Part shown: positions 37,189 through 46,886 of the stretch, one piece after another
How the letters are laid out: each line of letters starts with the position of its first letter
Numbering within the stretch: position 1 is the first letter of the stretch
Origin: Candidatus Bathyarchaeia archaeon
GTDB lineage: Archaea; Thermoproteota; Bathyarchaeia; Bathyarchaeales; Bathycorpusculaceae
Direction: 5' to 3'
Assembly (NCBI GenBank): GCA_038882955.1
Contig: JAVZNC010000004.1
Coordinates: 126,349-190,348 of the forward strand
DNA length: 64,000 nucleotides
Translations under genes and position numbers: made by a program
Notes under the pieces: model-generated
Seen by the model: the letters and a program-made list of their open reading frames with translations, nothing else
The model's database searches: none
Told to the model about the DNA's origin: nothing

Positions 37189-37964
37189 CCTCCGCCCTCC
37201 AGTCTGCGTTCATGCAGAAATATGCCTAGAAAAGTGAATATTGAAAAGAAGGCGACAATCCCAAAAGTTGCCAGCAAAGGCGAAGTGAGCGCTGCAGACT
37301 CTAATCCAGCACCCCACCTGAAGAGGTCAGCGGCAAAAGACAGCGGATTTATCGACGCGAGCCCACGGTAGTATTGAGGCATATATGCTACTGGATAGAG
37401 CGTAGTGCTCAACCGCACTATTAAGGCGTCAGTTACGCCCATCAAAATGTCAAATCTGTCTGATGACTTTATGGTTACAGCCAAAGTTATGCTGAAACCA
37501 GCTACGCCAAAAGTGAAAAGAAAAAGCGACAGCAAAGCTGTTAAAAGCTGTAGGACGCTTGAAACTCCGATTAGGTAGAGGACAAAGAGCATCATTGGAC
37601 CCACGTATAGAAAGCTTCTCAAGCCTCCGCCGATGGACCTTCCTAGGACAAGCTCCTTTCGTGAAACGGGAACGCTTAATAGGTACTCGATAACGCCGTG
37701 GTCAGCCTCTTCATATATGTCGTAGCCTATGAAAACTGCTGTTGAATATAGCATTGTTATTATTATTCCAGCAGCATAATAGTTGAAGTAGCTTCCCCCA
37801 ACCGCGCTTTGCACGTTAGGGTCGAACATCCTGTTGACAACCAAGCCGAATAGGGCTATTTGCGCCACAAACCATATTGCACGCATTATCAAAAGAAACT
37901 TGTAGCGCAGAAACATCTTTATGTCTCTTTCAGCAACAGTCCAAACCCTGCGTAGGCTTATCAT
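37179..37964 (-). CDS. ABC-2 type exporter permease
   Basis: EYLLSVPVSR, STTLYP and NPLS motifs. Confidence 0.88.
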   Translation of the reverse strand: MISLRRVWTVAERDIKMFLRYKFLLIMRAIWFVAQIALFGLVVNRMFDPNVQSAVGGSYFNYYAAGIIITMLYSTAVFIGYDIYEEADHGVIEYLLSVPVSRKELVLGRSIGGGLRSFLYVGPMMLFVLYLIGVSSVLQLLTALLSLFLFTFGVAGFSITLAVTIKSSDRFDILMGVTDALIVRLSTTLYPVAYMPQYYRGLASINPLSFAADLFRWGAGLESAALTSPLLATFGIVAFFSIFTFLGIFLHERRLEGGGWQ

Positions 37965-38920
37965 TTCCTCTGAGCCTCTTCAATTGTTAAGCCAGTATAA
38001 TGCGCAAACACATCATCAAGCGAAGGTTCACTCACGCGAATAGACTTTATCTGTACATGCACTTTCATAAAGAACTCCATTATTTTTGGTAGAACCTCCT
38101 CAGCATTGTTCAAGTAAATTTTTAGGTAATCCTCATTTATTGGCAAAACATTTACGACGCGCTGGATTCCCTTAAGCTTCTCAACTGTTTCGCTTGAAAC
38201 GGCTTTTTCCAAGGCTATTTCGACAACGTCTCCGCCTGGTATGCTGTCCTTCAGCTTTTTGGGCTCATCGCAGACAAGCAGTTTTCCTCTATGCATTATG
38301 GCGACTCTGTCGGAAAGCACATCAGCCTCGTAAAGTTCATTTGTGGCAAGCAGTATAGTGGAACCTTCATCTTTCAATTCGCGGATCATGTTCCAAATTC
38401 TGTGCTTTCCAACAATGTCTATTTGGGCTGTAGGCTCGTCCACTATGGCTATTTTTGGTCTTTGAATGAGAATTTTTGCTATCTCAATCCTTTTGCGCAT
38501 TCCGCCAGAAAAAGTATGAACGCTCTTAAATCGGTCGCTCCACAATTCCACTTGCTCTAAAACCCAGCGAACCTTTTTTTTACGTTCTTCCGCTGGCAAG
38601 CCGCAAACCTTTGCATGCCAATTCAAAATATCCCATGGCGCATCAACCCACAAAAGTTTAGGCTCCTGAAAAGCCATGCCAATCAGCGTCCTAGCCTTGT
38701 CTGGCTCACGCGTGACGTCATAAGGACCTACGAAAGCCGTTCCTTCAGTAGGCTTAATGACGGTTGTCAACATCAAAAGCGTCGTCGTTTTCCCAGCGCC
38801 GTTCGGACCCAAAATTCCGAGAATTTCTCCCTCTTCAACTTCGAGGTTTAGATGGTCAACTGCCGTGAAATCGCCAAACTTCTTTGTAAGATTGACCATC
38901 CGAATTATAGGTGCCATCAT
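37961..38920 (-). CDS. ABC exporter ATP-binding protein (DrrA-like)
   Basis: GPNGAGKTT, FSGGM, VDEPT, C-terminal PSLDDVF. Confidence 0.93.
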   Translation of the reverse strand: MMAPIIRMVNLTKKFGDFTAVDHLNLEVEEGEILGILGPNGAGKTTTLLMLTTVIKPTEGTAFVGPYDVTREPDKARTLIGMAFQEPKLLWVDAPWDILNWHAKVCGLPAEERKKKVRWVLEQVELWSDRFKSVHTFSGGMRKRIEIAKILIQRPKIAIVDEPTAQIDIVGKHRIWNMIRELKDEGSTILLATNELYEADVLSDRVAIMHRGKLLVCDEPKKLKDSIPGGDVVEIALEKAVSSETVEKLKGIQRVVNVLPINEDYLKIYLNNAEEVLPKIMEFFMKVHVQIKSIRVSEPSLDDVFAHYTGLTIEEAQRK

Positions 38921-38978
38921 TAGCCCAACGCTGAAGCAAATAGAAATAAAAAAACTACTAAATAAGATTAACTATTGT

Positions 38979-40256
38979 TCATGAAAGCAGATGAAAAGCC
39001 CTTTCTTCAGCTTTCCCCATCGCTTCTGCTTCATGAAATGTTTTTATTTGACGTTTCTCCATCAGCATTTTTCCATCAACAATTACCGTGTCCACGTCGC
39101 TTCCATGAGCGGAGTAGACAACGCTTGCGAATACGTCATGCAAAGGCTTCAAGTGCGGCTTGCTGAAGTCTATTAAAATTATGTCAGCTTGTTTTCCAAC
39201 TTCCAGCGAGCCAGCAACGCTTTCCAGTCCAAGGGCTTTTGCGCCGTTTATTGTTGCCATTTCTAAAACTTCGTAGGCTGAAAGAATAGTTGGGTCGCGG
39301 TAAGCGTGCTTCTGAAGTAGGGCAGCAAACTTCATGGTTTCAAACATATCTAACGTATTGTTGCTCGCTGGACCATCTGTCCCCAAGCATACATTGACAC
39401 CCAAACTTTTTAGGTCTTTCACTCTTGCTGCTCCTAAGCCGAGTTTCATGTTAGCCACTGGAACATGCACGACGTTAACTTCCCGCATAAAAAGCGTTTG
39501 CATATCTCTTTTTGACAAGTTTATGCAGTGCGATGCCAGCGTGTGCGCATCAAAAAAGCCTATTCTGTCAAGAAAGGCAACTTCCTTCAACATTGATTTT
39601 GACTCGGCTAAATGCGTGTGAACGCCAACTTTTAACTCAAGCGCTTTTTCGCGAACCTTCAAAAGCAAGTCTTCGCTGCAACTGTAGGCTGCATGTGGAC
39701 CGAGCATTGCTTTTATTCTGCCAGAAGCGTAGCCATCAAAATTTTTGGCGAAATCCACGCTTCGAGAAAAAGTTTCTGCGCCTAACTCGCGCCTTCCAGC
39801 CTCAATAATACCCTCTGCTAAAATACTTCTCAAACCACTTTCAGCCACAGCTCTTGCAACCATATCCTCATGGAAATACATGTCCGCAAAGCATGTTGTT
39901 CCACTTTTAATCATCTCCAAACAGCCCAAAAGCGCCCCAGCATAAACATCGTCAGACTTGAGCTTAGCCTCCAAAGGCCAAATAGTCTTTTTAAGCCACT
40001 TCTCCAGCGGCTGGTCTTCAGCTAAACCCCTAAAAAGCGTCATCGGCACATGCGTGTGGCAGTTAATTAGCCCTGGCAAGGCAACCTTTCCACGTCCATC
40101 TATCAGCGTTTCTGCTTTCATGCCGCTTGCGCGTGGGGCTCTTCCAACAAAAGTTATTTTCCCATCCTTCACGGCGAGTGCGCCATTTTCTATTATGCGT
40201 TTTTCGTCCATCGGCAGAATTGTGCATCCACGGATTAATATGTCAACCTTCTCCAA
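38979..40256 (-). CDS. Amidohydrolase (MTA/SAH deaminase-like)
   Basis: PGLINCHTH, GPHAAYSCS, HTHLAE and LGTDGPASNN motifs. Confidence 0.88.
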   Translation of the reverse strand: MEKVDILIRGCTILPMDEKRIIENGALAVKDGKITFVGRAPRASGMKAETLIDGRGKVALPGLINCHTHVPMTLFRGLAEDQPLEKWLKKTIWPLEAKLKSDDVYAGALLGCLEMIKSGTTCFADMYFHEDMVARAVAESGLRSILAEGIIEAGRRELGAETFSRSVDFAKNFDGYASGRIKAMLGPHAAYSCSEDLLLKVREKALELKVGVHTHLAESKSMLKEVAFLDRIGFFDAHTLASHCINLSKRDMQTLFMREVNVVHVPVANMKLGLGAARVKDLKSLGVNVCLGTDGPASNNTLDMFETMKFAALLQKHAYRDPTILSAYEVLEMATINGAKALGLESVAGSLEVGKQADIILIDFSKPHLKPLHDVFASVVYSAHGSDVDTVIVDGKMLMEKRQIKTFHEAEAMGKAEERAFHLLS

Positions 40257-40334
40257 ACTGCCTTCCCAATTATTATGGTGAACGCTGAAGGATAAAAGCG
40301 TATTAACAAAATTGTGAAGGGGGGATGTTGATGT

Positions 40335-40760
40335 TTAAATTATGGTTTTCGGCTCTTCAATTTTCTTCATTAGGGAAGGTCTTATGTGCGCTTGTGGTGG
40401 TTGCGAGATTTCCTCCTCAATTCCAGCTTTTGGCAGTCCATTTGTGCCTATTTTTCGGCATATGAAGTTGAGCGAGTCCTCTGCGAAGTTCAGCAGGTTT
40501 CGTCCCTCAACAGTCAGCTTGTAGATTTTTCTGGGTCTTTCGCTGTCCATGTTCCACTCGCTTTTCACGTAACCTTTTTTCTCCAAAGTGTTCAACAGCG
40601 GATAGATTGTGCTTGGCCCAAAGTATACGCCGAAGTTTTTGCGTATGCGCGTTATTATTTGGTAGCCATGCATTGGTTGGCTGCTTAGGAACTGTAGCAC
40701 TATTAGGTCTAGTAGGCCCTTCATTAATTTGACCTGAACTTCTTTTGAGCTGTTACCCAT
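40335..40760 (-). CDS. PadR family transcriptional regulator
   Basis: PMHGYQII...GPSTIYPLL..LEKKG...RKIYKLT. Confidence 0.92.
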   Translation of the reverse strand: MGNSSKEVQVKLMKGLLDLIVLQFLSSQPMHGYQIITRIRKNFGVYFGPSTIYPLLNTLEKKGYVKSEWNMDSERPRKIYKLTVEGRNLLNFAEDSLNFICRKIGTNGLPKAGIEEEISQPPQAHIRPSLMKKIEEPKTII

Positions 40761-40801
40761 TTCCCTTTTCCCTTCCTGTATTTTTGTTGTACACGGATAC
40801 A

Positions 40802-40823
40802 ATATGTCTATTTTTAGACATAT
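40802..40823. promoter_or_regulatory. Inverted repeat ATATGTCTA-TTTT-TAGACATAT, putative PadR operator
   Basis: Perfect 9-bp arms with ATGT/ACAT cores, between two divergent padR genes. Confidence 0.65.
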
Positions 40824-40945
40824 CTCAAGACTCTATAAATCCTAAACAAAAATATAAACGTTCATACTTAAACTAAACATAAAAAAGCATACCACACACA
40901 TACCGCAATATTCCAAACCCTACATAAACCTAAATAAGCCAAAAC

Positions 40946-41308
40946 ATGAACAAGTCCAAAACAGAACAACAAACGGAAAGTGAAAAATTGACAGAAGACA
41001 TCAAAAAAGAAATTGTTCAACGCATAACCAGAAACTTACTAGACATACAAATACTGAGGCTACTAAGCGCCGAGCCAATGTGGGGATACAAAATAAAAAA
41101 GGAAGTAGAAACAAAATTCGGAGTAAAACTAAGACACGGAGCGCTCTACCCACTCCTAAACACAATGGAAAAGAAAGGCCTAATAAAAGGCAAAAAACAG
41201 CAGCAAGGAGGAAGAACAAGAAAAGTCTACACAATAGCAGAAAAAGGCAGCGAATACATAGAAACATACTACGACATATTAACAGAGCAAATACAGAGTA
41301 AAACATGA
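40946..41308 (+). CDS. PadR family transcriptional regulator
   Basis: PMWGYKI...HGALYPLL...RKVYTI. Confidence 0.9.
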   Translation: MNKSKTEQQTESEKLTEDIKKEIVQRITRNLLDIQILRLLSAEPMWGYKIKKEVETKFGVKLRHGALYPLLNTMEKKGLIKGKKQQQGGRTRKVYTIAEKGSEYIETYYDILTEQIQSKT

Positions 41309-41345
41309 GTCCAAGGCAATTCATTCTTCTAACTAAATCTTTTAA

Positions 41346-42350
41346 ATGTCTAAAAAGATAAAATGTAGTATGACTCCGAAAATAGGCAGATTCGTAGTAG
41401 CAAATCTTAAGAAAAGAAGCGAAAAAGGAATTAAACTTGCAAAACAAATACTAGAAACAGAGGAAATTAAATATCCTCCTTTGCGTGAAGCTATTAAATA
41501 CTACATTGAACATTGGAGAGACTTCACACATCCAGGTCTTTTTTCAATAGCATGTGAAGCAGTAGGGGGTAAAACTGATGATACACTATTGCCACAAGCA
41601 GCGATAACCATGATGGCAGCGGCATTTGACATACATGATGACATCATAGATGGGTCAAAAGTGAAACATAAAATTCCTACAGTCTACGGCAAATTTGGAG
41701 CTAAAATTGCCTTGCTCCTAGGTAACGCGTTTCTGATAGACGGTTTCAAAATTTTAGTTGATTCAACAGCATTATTGTCAGAAGAAAAAAGAAAAGAAAC
41801 GCTTGAAACAGTTAAGCGGTTAACGTTTGAAGTGGGCAATGCGCATGCCCTTGAAGTAGGCTTGAAAGAAAGGAAAGAACCTGTTCCGGAAAGTTACATG
41901 AAGGTCATCGAGATGAAAGCAGCAGGAATAGAGTTGGACATGCATTTAGGTGCATTGTTCGGTGGTGGAAAAGATAAAGAAATTGAATTATTATCCAGAT
42001 TAGGGAGAGTTCTTGGGATATTAGGCACTCTTCGAGAAGAATTTGTTGACATCTTTGAAATCGAAGAGCTCCGACACCGAGTGACTACACAAGACTTACC
42101 CGTACCCCTATTATTCGCAATGCAAGACCATGAAACAAAGAAAAAAGTCACTAAGATTATCCTAAAGTCAAAGATAAAAGAGAGCGATGTTACCAAACTA
42201 GTTAACGTCACCTTAAAGTCTAAACCTGTTGTTAGACTGAAAGAGAATATGCAACGCTTAATAAGTGAAGGAACCAAACTAGCAACATATTTTCAACAAG
42301 TAGAGAGTGACCTTCAACTTCTGCTGTCGTTTATGCTTGAAGACCTATAA
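41346..42350 (+). CDS. Divergent trans-isoprenyl diphosphate synthase (class I terpenoid fold) homologue
   Basis: First Asp-rich motif HDDIID, PTVYGKFG, LLGNAFL; second motif degenerate (REEFVD). Confidence 0.85.
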   Translation: MSKKIKCSMTPKIGRFVVANLKKRSEKGIKLAKQILETEEIKYPPLREAIKYYIEHWRDFTHPGLFSIACEAVGGKTDDTLLPQAAITMMAAAFDIHDDIIDGSKVKHKIPTVYGKFGAKIALLLGNAFLIDGFKILVDSTALLSEEKRKETLETVKRLTFEVGNAHALEVGLKERKEPVPESYMKVIEMKAAGIELDMHLGALFGGGKDKEIELLSRLGRVLGILGTLREEFVDIFEIEELRHRVTTQDLPVPLLFAMQDHETKKKVTKIILKSKIKESDVTKLVNVTLKSKPVVRLKENMQRLISEGTKLATYFQQVESDLQLLLSFMLEDL

Positions 42351-42352
42351 CT

Positions 42353-42415
42353 TTAGAGTGCCATTCGTATAGGCACTTCTTTCTTTTTCGCTCTTTTAAC
42401 TGCTACCTTCTTCAT
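42353..42415 (-). CDS. 20-aa basic peptide MKKVAVKRAKKKEVPIRMAL
   Basis: Manually translated; GAGGGG SD 6 nt before ATG; TATA-like TTTATTA ~42456-42462; stop abuts the stop of the prenyl-synthase gene. Confidence 0.55.
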   Translation of the reverse strand: MKKVAVKRAKKKEVPIRMAL

Positions 42416-42527
42416 CCAATTCCCCTCATGTAGTAGTATTGTAGAACATATCTACTAATAAAGTTTGTTGTTGAACACGAATACAGAATAATGATTAACA
42501 ACAGTTTTATCCTCAAAACAATACTTA

Positions 42528-43763
42528 TTGATGAGTTACTGTATGATTGCCTTGAAGGTGCTAAAAGAAAAAATCGTCTGGAGAGAAACTGCGCCATCGA
42601 TTCTTCTAGTGCTCAATAGTTTTGTGTGGTTTACATTAATTCATGCAGTTTTTGAGATGTTTTTAAATGAAATAAATTTGCTTGAGACGCAAAAGTTGAT
42701 CTTGTTCACTACATATTATGTAGGTATCGCAGTTTCGGCAATCTTTGGCTCGAAAATTTTCCCAATGGCGCGGCTAAAGTTTCTATATCTCTGGTTATTT
42801 ATAGGAACGATTACAACATCGTTTTTAGTTACAGTTCCCATAAATGACATGATGACTAATGTTCTATTCGCCTTTTTTTTGGGCATTTCAATTGGAATAG
42901 GAATGCCTTCTTGTTTAAGCTATTTTGCCGATTTAACGTGTGTTGAAAACCGCGGTTTTGTAGGCGGAATAATATGGAGCGGTGTTGGCTTTATCGTTTT
43001 GCTTTTAGCTCTTGTAGCTACTATGCTTAAACCATTGGAGACTGTTGCCATATTGACATTTTGGCGGCTTTTTGGTGGTTTAAGTTTTCTTTTACTCACT
43101 AAACAGCACAAAATGCTTAATAGCCGAAAATCTCCGAAGTATCTAGAACTTGTTTGTAAAAGAGACGTATTGCTTTACCTGTTTCCATGGATTATGTTTT
43201 CTATTATAAATTTTGCAGAATCGCCAATCTTGGAAAGAGTATTCGGTTCGGAATTTTTTGCCTTTATAGAGCTTGCGGTATACATATTCATCGGGATATT
43301 TGCGATTGTTGGTGGTTTTATTGCAGATATTGTTGGAAGAAAAAGAGTGGTTATCACTGGTTTTGTGATGCTCGGCATCGAATATGCCGCACTTAGTATT
43401 TTTTATGATTCACCAGCTACATCCTACTTATTTTTGGTTTTTGATGGTGTGACATGGGGGTTATTTGCTTCAGTTTTCTTTATGGCCGTTTGGGGAGATC
43501 TTGGTGAAGATTTTGAGAAAGAAAAGTATTACGCTTTAGGCGGTCTTCCTTTTCTTCTCGCAAGCTTCGTGTCAGTGCTAATCGAACCCTTTGTTAGTGA
43601 TATTTCTCCGACGGCAGCTTTTTCTTTTGCGAGCTTCTTTTTGTTTTTGGCTGTTGTTCCCTTGATGTACGCTCCTGAAACTTTGCCTGAGCGTAAAATT
43701 CGTGAGAGGGAGCTTAAGAATTATATCGAGAAAGCAAAGAAAATTAAGGAAAAGTATGTTTAA
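42528..43763 (+). CDS. MFS transporter
   Basis: About 12 TM helices; GGFIADIVGRKRV motif A; PETLP C-terminal motif. Confidence 0.85.
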   Translation: MMSYCMIALKVLKEKIVWRETAPSILLVLNSFVWFTLIHAVFEMFLNEINLLETQKLILFTTYYVGIAVSAIFGSKIFPMARLKFLYLWLFIGTITTSFLVTVPINDMMTNVLFAFFLGISIGIGMPSCLSYFADLTCVENRGFVGGIIWSGVGFIVLLLALVATMLKPLETVAILTFWRLFGGLSFLLLTKQHKMLNSRKSPKYLELVCKRDVLLYLFPWIMFSIINFAESPILERVFGSEFFAFIELAVYIFIGIFAIVGGFIADIVGRKRVVITGFVMLGIEYAALSIFYDSPATSYLFLVFDGVTWGLFASVFFMAVWGDLGEDFEKEKYYALGGLPFLLASFVSVLIEPFVSDISPTAAFSFASFFLFLAVVPLMYAPETLPERKIRERELKNYIEKAKKIKEKYV

Positions 43764-43771
43764 ATTGGGCG

Positions 43772-44902
43772 GTGGAATTCGTGTTTTTTCATTTGTTGTT
43801 GACAACTGATTGTAACCTTATGTGCCGTTATTGCTTTGGTGAAGCATCTGAAGACTTTGATGAAAGTTTTCCGGATTTTGATGTTGATTATGCTTTACCA
43901 AAAAGAATAGCATACAAAATTGAAGAGTTGGACAACTTTTGTAGGAAAGACGCGGATTGCGTTCTAACCTTTTATGGTGGTGAGCCGCTCTTGTGTGTTG
44001 ATGATGTTAGGCGTGTTATGGACAGCGTGCACGCCAAGCATTTTCTAATCCAGACTAATGGTTTGCTTTTGGACCGTTTGGAACCAGAATATGTTAATCG
44101 TTTGCACACTGTTCTTGTTTCTGTTGATGGCGATGAAGCGTTAACGGACTTTTATAGGGGGGCTGGCACTTTTAGGCGTGTTATCGAAAATCTGCGCCTT
44201 ATCAGGCGGAATGGTTTTGGCGGCGAGGTCATTGCGCGCATGACTGTTATGGAGCAAACAGACATTTACAAGCAGGTTAGGTGGCTTGTTGAGAACAGCG
44301 AGTTTCCATTTTCCTCTGTGCATTGGCAGTTGAATGCTGGCTTTTGGAATGATTTTGAGAGAAGGGATTTTAAGCGCTGGACTGAGCAGAGCTATAATCC
44401 TGGAATTCGTAGGCTTGCCCGTTTCTGGGTTGATTACATGGAACAGTTCGGCATTGTTTTGCGGCTTTACCCCTTCCTTGGAATTGCACATTCCATGCTA
44501 AATGGCGAAAAGCAAATTCTTCTACGCTGCGGCGGAGGATGGATAAACTACGCGATTCAAACAGACGGCTATATCGTTCCCTGCCCAACCATGTGGGGAA
44601 TGAAAGACTATTATCTTGGACACATAAGCAATGCAAACCCGTTAAACTTGCGTAAGATTTTCGTCGGCGAACCATGCACAAAATGCGAAATTTACGGCTT
44701 ATGCGGCGGAAGATGCCTTTACGCAAACATAACAAAACGTTGGAAAGGAGACGCCTACAAGGAAGTCTGCAAGACTGTACGAAACTTGATAGACGCAGTT
44801 TCGGCGGAAATTCCAAGAATAAAGGACCTAATAAAAAATGGGAGAATAAGGCTTGAAGACTTCGAATTCATGAAACACAATGGCTGCGAAATAATCCCAT
44901 AA
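43772..44902 (+). CDS. Radical SAM/SPASM protein (AF0577/TIGR04084-like)
   Basis: CNLMCRYC, FYGGEPL, QTNG, SVDG; SPASM cysteines CGGG...PCP...CxxCxxxxxCGGRC. Confidence 0.88.
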   Translation: MEFVFFHLLLTTDCNLMCRYCFGEASEDFDESFPDFDVDYALPKRIAYKIEELDNFCRKDADCVLTFYGGEPLLCVDDVRRVMDSVHAKHFLIQTNGLLLDRLEPEYVNRLHTVLVSVDGDEALTDFYRGAGTFRRVIENLRLIRRNGFGGEVIARMTVMEQTDIYKQVRWLVENSEFPFSSVHWQLNAGFWNDFERRDFKRWTEQSYNPGIRRLARFWVDYMEQFGIVLRLYPFLGIAHSMLNGEKQILLRCGGGWINYAIQTDGYIVPCPTMWGMKDYYLGHISNANPLNLRKIFVGEPCTKCEIYGLCGGRCLYANITKRWKGDAYKEVCKTVRNLIDAVSAEIPRIKDLIKNGRIRLEDFEFMKHNGCEIIP

Positions 44903-45156
44903 AACTTTACTGCAGCCACTATACAGCTGCCCCCTTTCTAAAGGCGCAATTAGGCAGAGTTGTCAGCGTTTATTTATGCTTTTGTGTTTCTGGTATAGAA
45001 GTTACTTCCAGAAAGTTAAATAATAGCGCGGTTGACTGTTGAGTCTTGGATTAGGCTTTAGCCATGCTAAAGCTGGTGGTTAGGCGCCTAAACCCGTGCT
45101 ATGCCTTATGCACGCTAAAAATATGGGTGAATAAAAAGGAAGGAGGGGAAAGGAAA

Positions 45157-46719
45157 ATGAAAAGAATATTCACGGTTCTATTAATGATGTCTATGATAAT
45201 AGCAATGGCGATGCCCGCGGTAGTTCATGCAAATGGACAGGCCGGAACAACCCTCGAGGCGCGTGTGACAGCAACAGCGCACTGGACGATTACGTATGGA
45301 TGGACAATTGACAAGTCTGTGAGTCCGGACAGTTGGACTTTTTATCCTGGCGAATCTGGTATTTCAACATACACTATTACTGTGGCAAAGGATAATGGCA
45401 CTGAAGAAGCATGGATCGAAGGTATAGTAACCGTGACTAACGGTGGAGAGCGAGCTACTGAGAACTTGACAATCTTAATTGAACTTAGAAACGGTGTGCC
45501 ACCACCAAAGGATTTAATCGCAACTGCCATTGTTGATGTGAGCGGCAATCCGGTCCTTGATCCAGGAGAGACAGGGGAATATCCTTACAGAATTGATATC
45601 CCGAGTGCGAATGTGCATGCTTGTGGAGAGTACAAGGTTACTGCATGTGTTACTATAACGAACCACTCAGGATATTTAGGTGAGCCTTTCGGTCCTAGCC
45701 CAAGCGCGACAACAAATCTGCCAAATAGCCCAACGTTAGTTAATGATGTGATTCATGTCGATGATACTAATGGTGGTTCATGGGAATTCAGTACCAGCAG
45801 TTCTGTAACTTATGACGTGCTTTTTGTGTATTGCCAAGAAGGGGAACATGTTAATAGGGCGACTATTCGTGAGACTGGGCAATATGATGAGGCAGTTGTG
45901 ACAATAACTTGTGTAATACCACCTCAAGCAATTATAAGCGGTGTCAAATTCTTCGATACCGATCTAGACGGACAACGAGACCCTGACGAGGTTGGCATAG
46001 AAGACTGGAAAATCGAGCTATACAAATGGAATGAAACCTCAGAGGCCTGGTATCTTTATGATACTACTTTTACGGATGGTATAGGCAACTATGTCTTCAC
46101 GGCTTCTGAAGTTGGACGCTACAAGATTGTTGAGGTCATGCCTTCTGGAATGTGGATTCAGACAGCTCCGGAAGACGGTTACTATGAATTCGATGTTGCC
46201 TTAGGCGAAACTTACACGGATAAAGACTTTGGAAACGTCTGCTTAAAACCTGGCTATGGAGGCAAAACGTTGGGTTTCTGGAGCAACAAAAATGGACAAG
46301 CCTTAATAAATTCTAGTGATGTAACAGCACTTAACGGACTGAACCTTTACAAGCCAAGCGGATGGTCATATCCGCCGTTTAGTAGCGATCTTGCAACAGC
46401 AAAAACGCAGATTAAAAACTATTTACTATCTGCAACTGCTGTGGATATGCGCTGGATGCTTTCCGCCCAACTGATCGCAACAAAACTGAACGTTCTTCAC
46501 GGCTTCTTAAGTAGCGGCACAACTGTTTACGTTGGTTCATCGTCATATGTTCCAACAGGATTCATAACAATAGGCGAAATCATAAATAACGCAAATACAG
46601 CACTGCACGGAAATGACAGAGCAGAGCAGGAGTATTGGAAGAACCTTCTCGACGGACTTAACAACAACATGCTACCATTTGTCTGCCCAGAACCCTGTTA
46701 TCCCGTAGTGTATCCATAA
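45157..46719 (+). CDS. Secreted surface protein with SdrD B-like/prealbumin-type domain
   Basis: Signal peptide after GGAGG SD; ISGVKFFDTDLDG...TDGIGNYVF...DFGN; GGKTLGFWSN. Confidence 0.8.
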   Translation: MKRIFTVLLMMSMIIAMAMPAVVHANGQAGTTLEARVTATAHWTITYGWTIDKSVSPDSWTFYPGESGISTYTITVAKDNGTEEAWIEGIVTVTNGGERATENLTILIELRNGVPPPKDLIATAIVDVSGNPVLDPGETGEYPYRIDIPSANVHACGEYKVTACVTITNHSGYLGEPFGPSPSATTNLPNSPTLVNDVIHVDDTNGGSWEFSTSSSVTYDVLFVYCQEGEHVNRATIRETGQYDEAVVTITCVIPPQAIISGVKFFDTDLDGQRDPDEVGIEDWKIELYKWNETSEAWYLYDTTFTDGIGNYVFTASEVGRYKIVEVMPSGMWIQTAPEDGYYEFDVALGETYTDKDFGNVCLKPGYGGKTLGFWSNKNGQALINSSDVTALNGLNLYKPSGWSYPPFSSDLATAKTQIKNYLLSATAVDMRWMLSAQLIATKLNVLHGFLSSGTTVYVGSSSYVPTGFITIGEIINNANTALHGNDRAEQEYWKNLLDGLNNNMLPFVCPEPCYPVVYP

Positions 46720-46886
46720 GATATACGTAGCAAAACGTTAGTTTCCCAAATTTTTTTGTTTTTTCTATTTAGATACGCAACTGCTGCGTTAAAATTGATT
46801 TTGGAAAATCTAGAGGGGGAGGGGGTAGGGAAAATGAAGCTTGGCAATGCCCTATTTTCTAAATTTTAGAGAGGTTTAGCTTTTGT

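Noticed and set aside
46813-46830. G-rich tract GAGGGGGAGGGGGTAGGG (possible G-quadruplex)
   Set aside because: Only three long G-runs, in a convergent terminator region; no functional support
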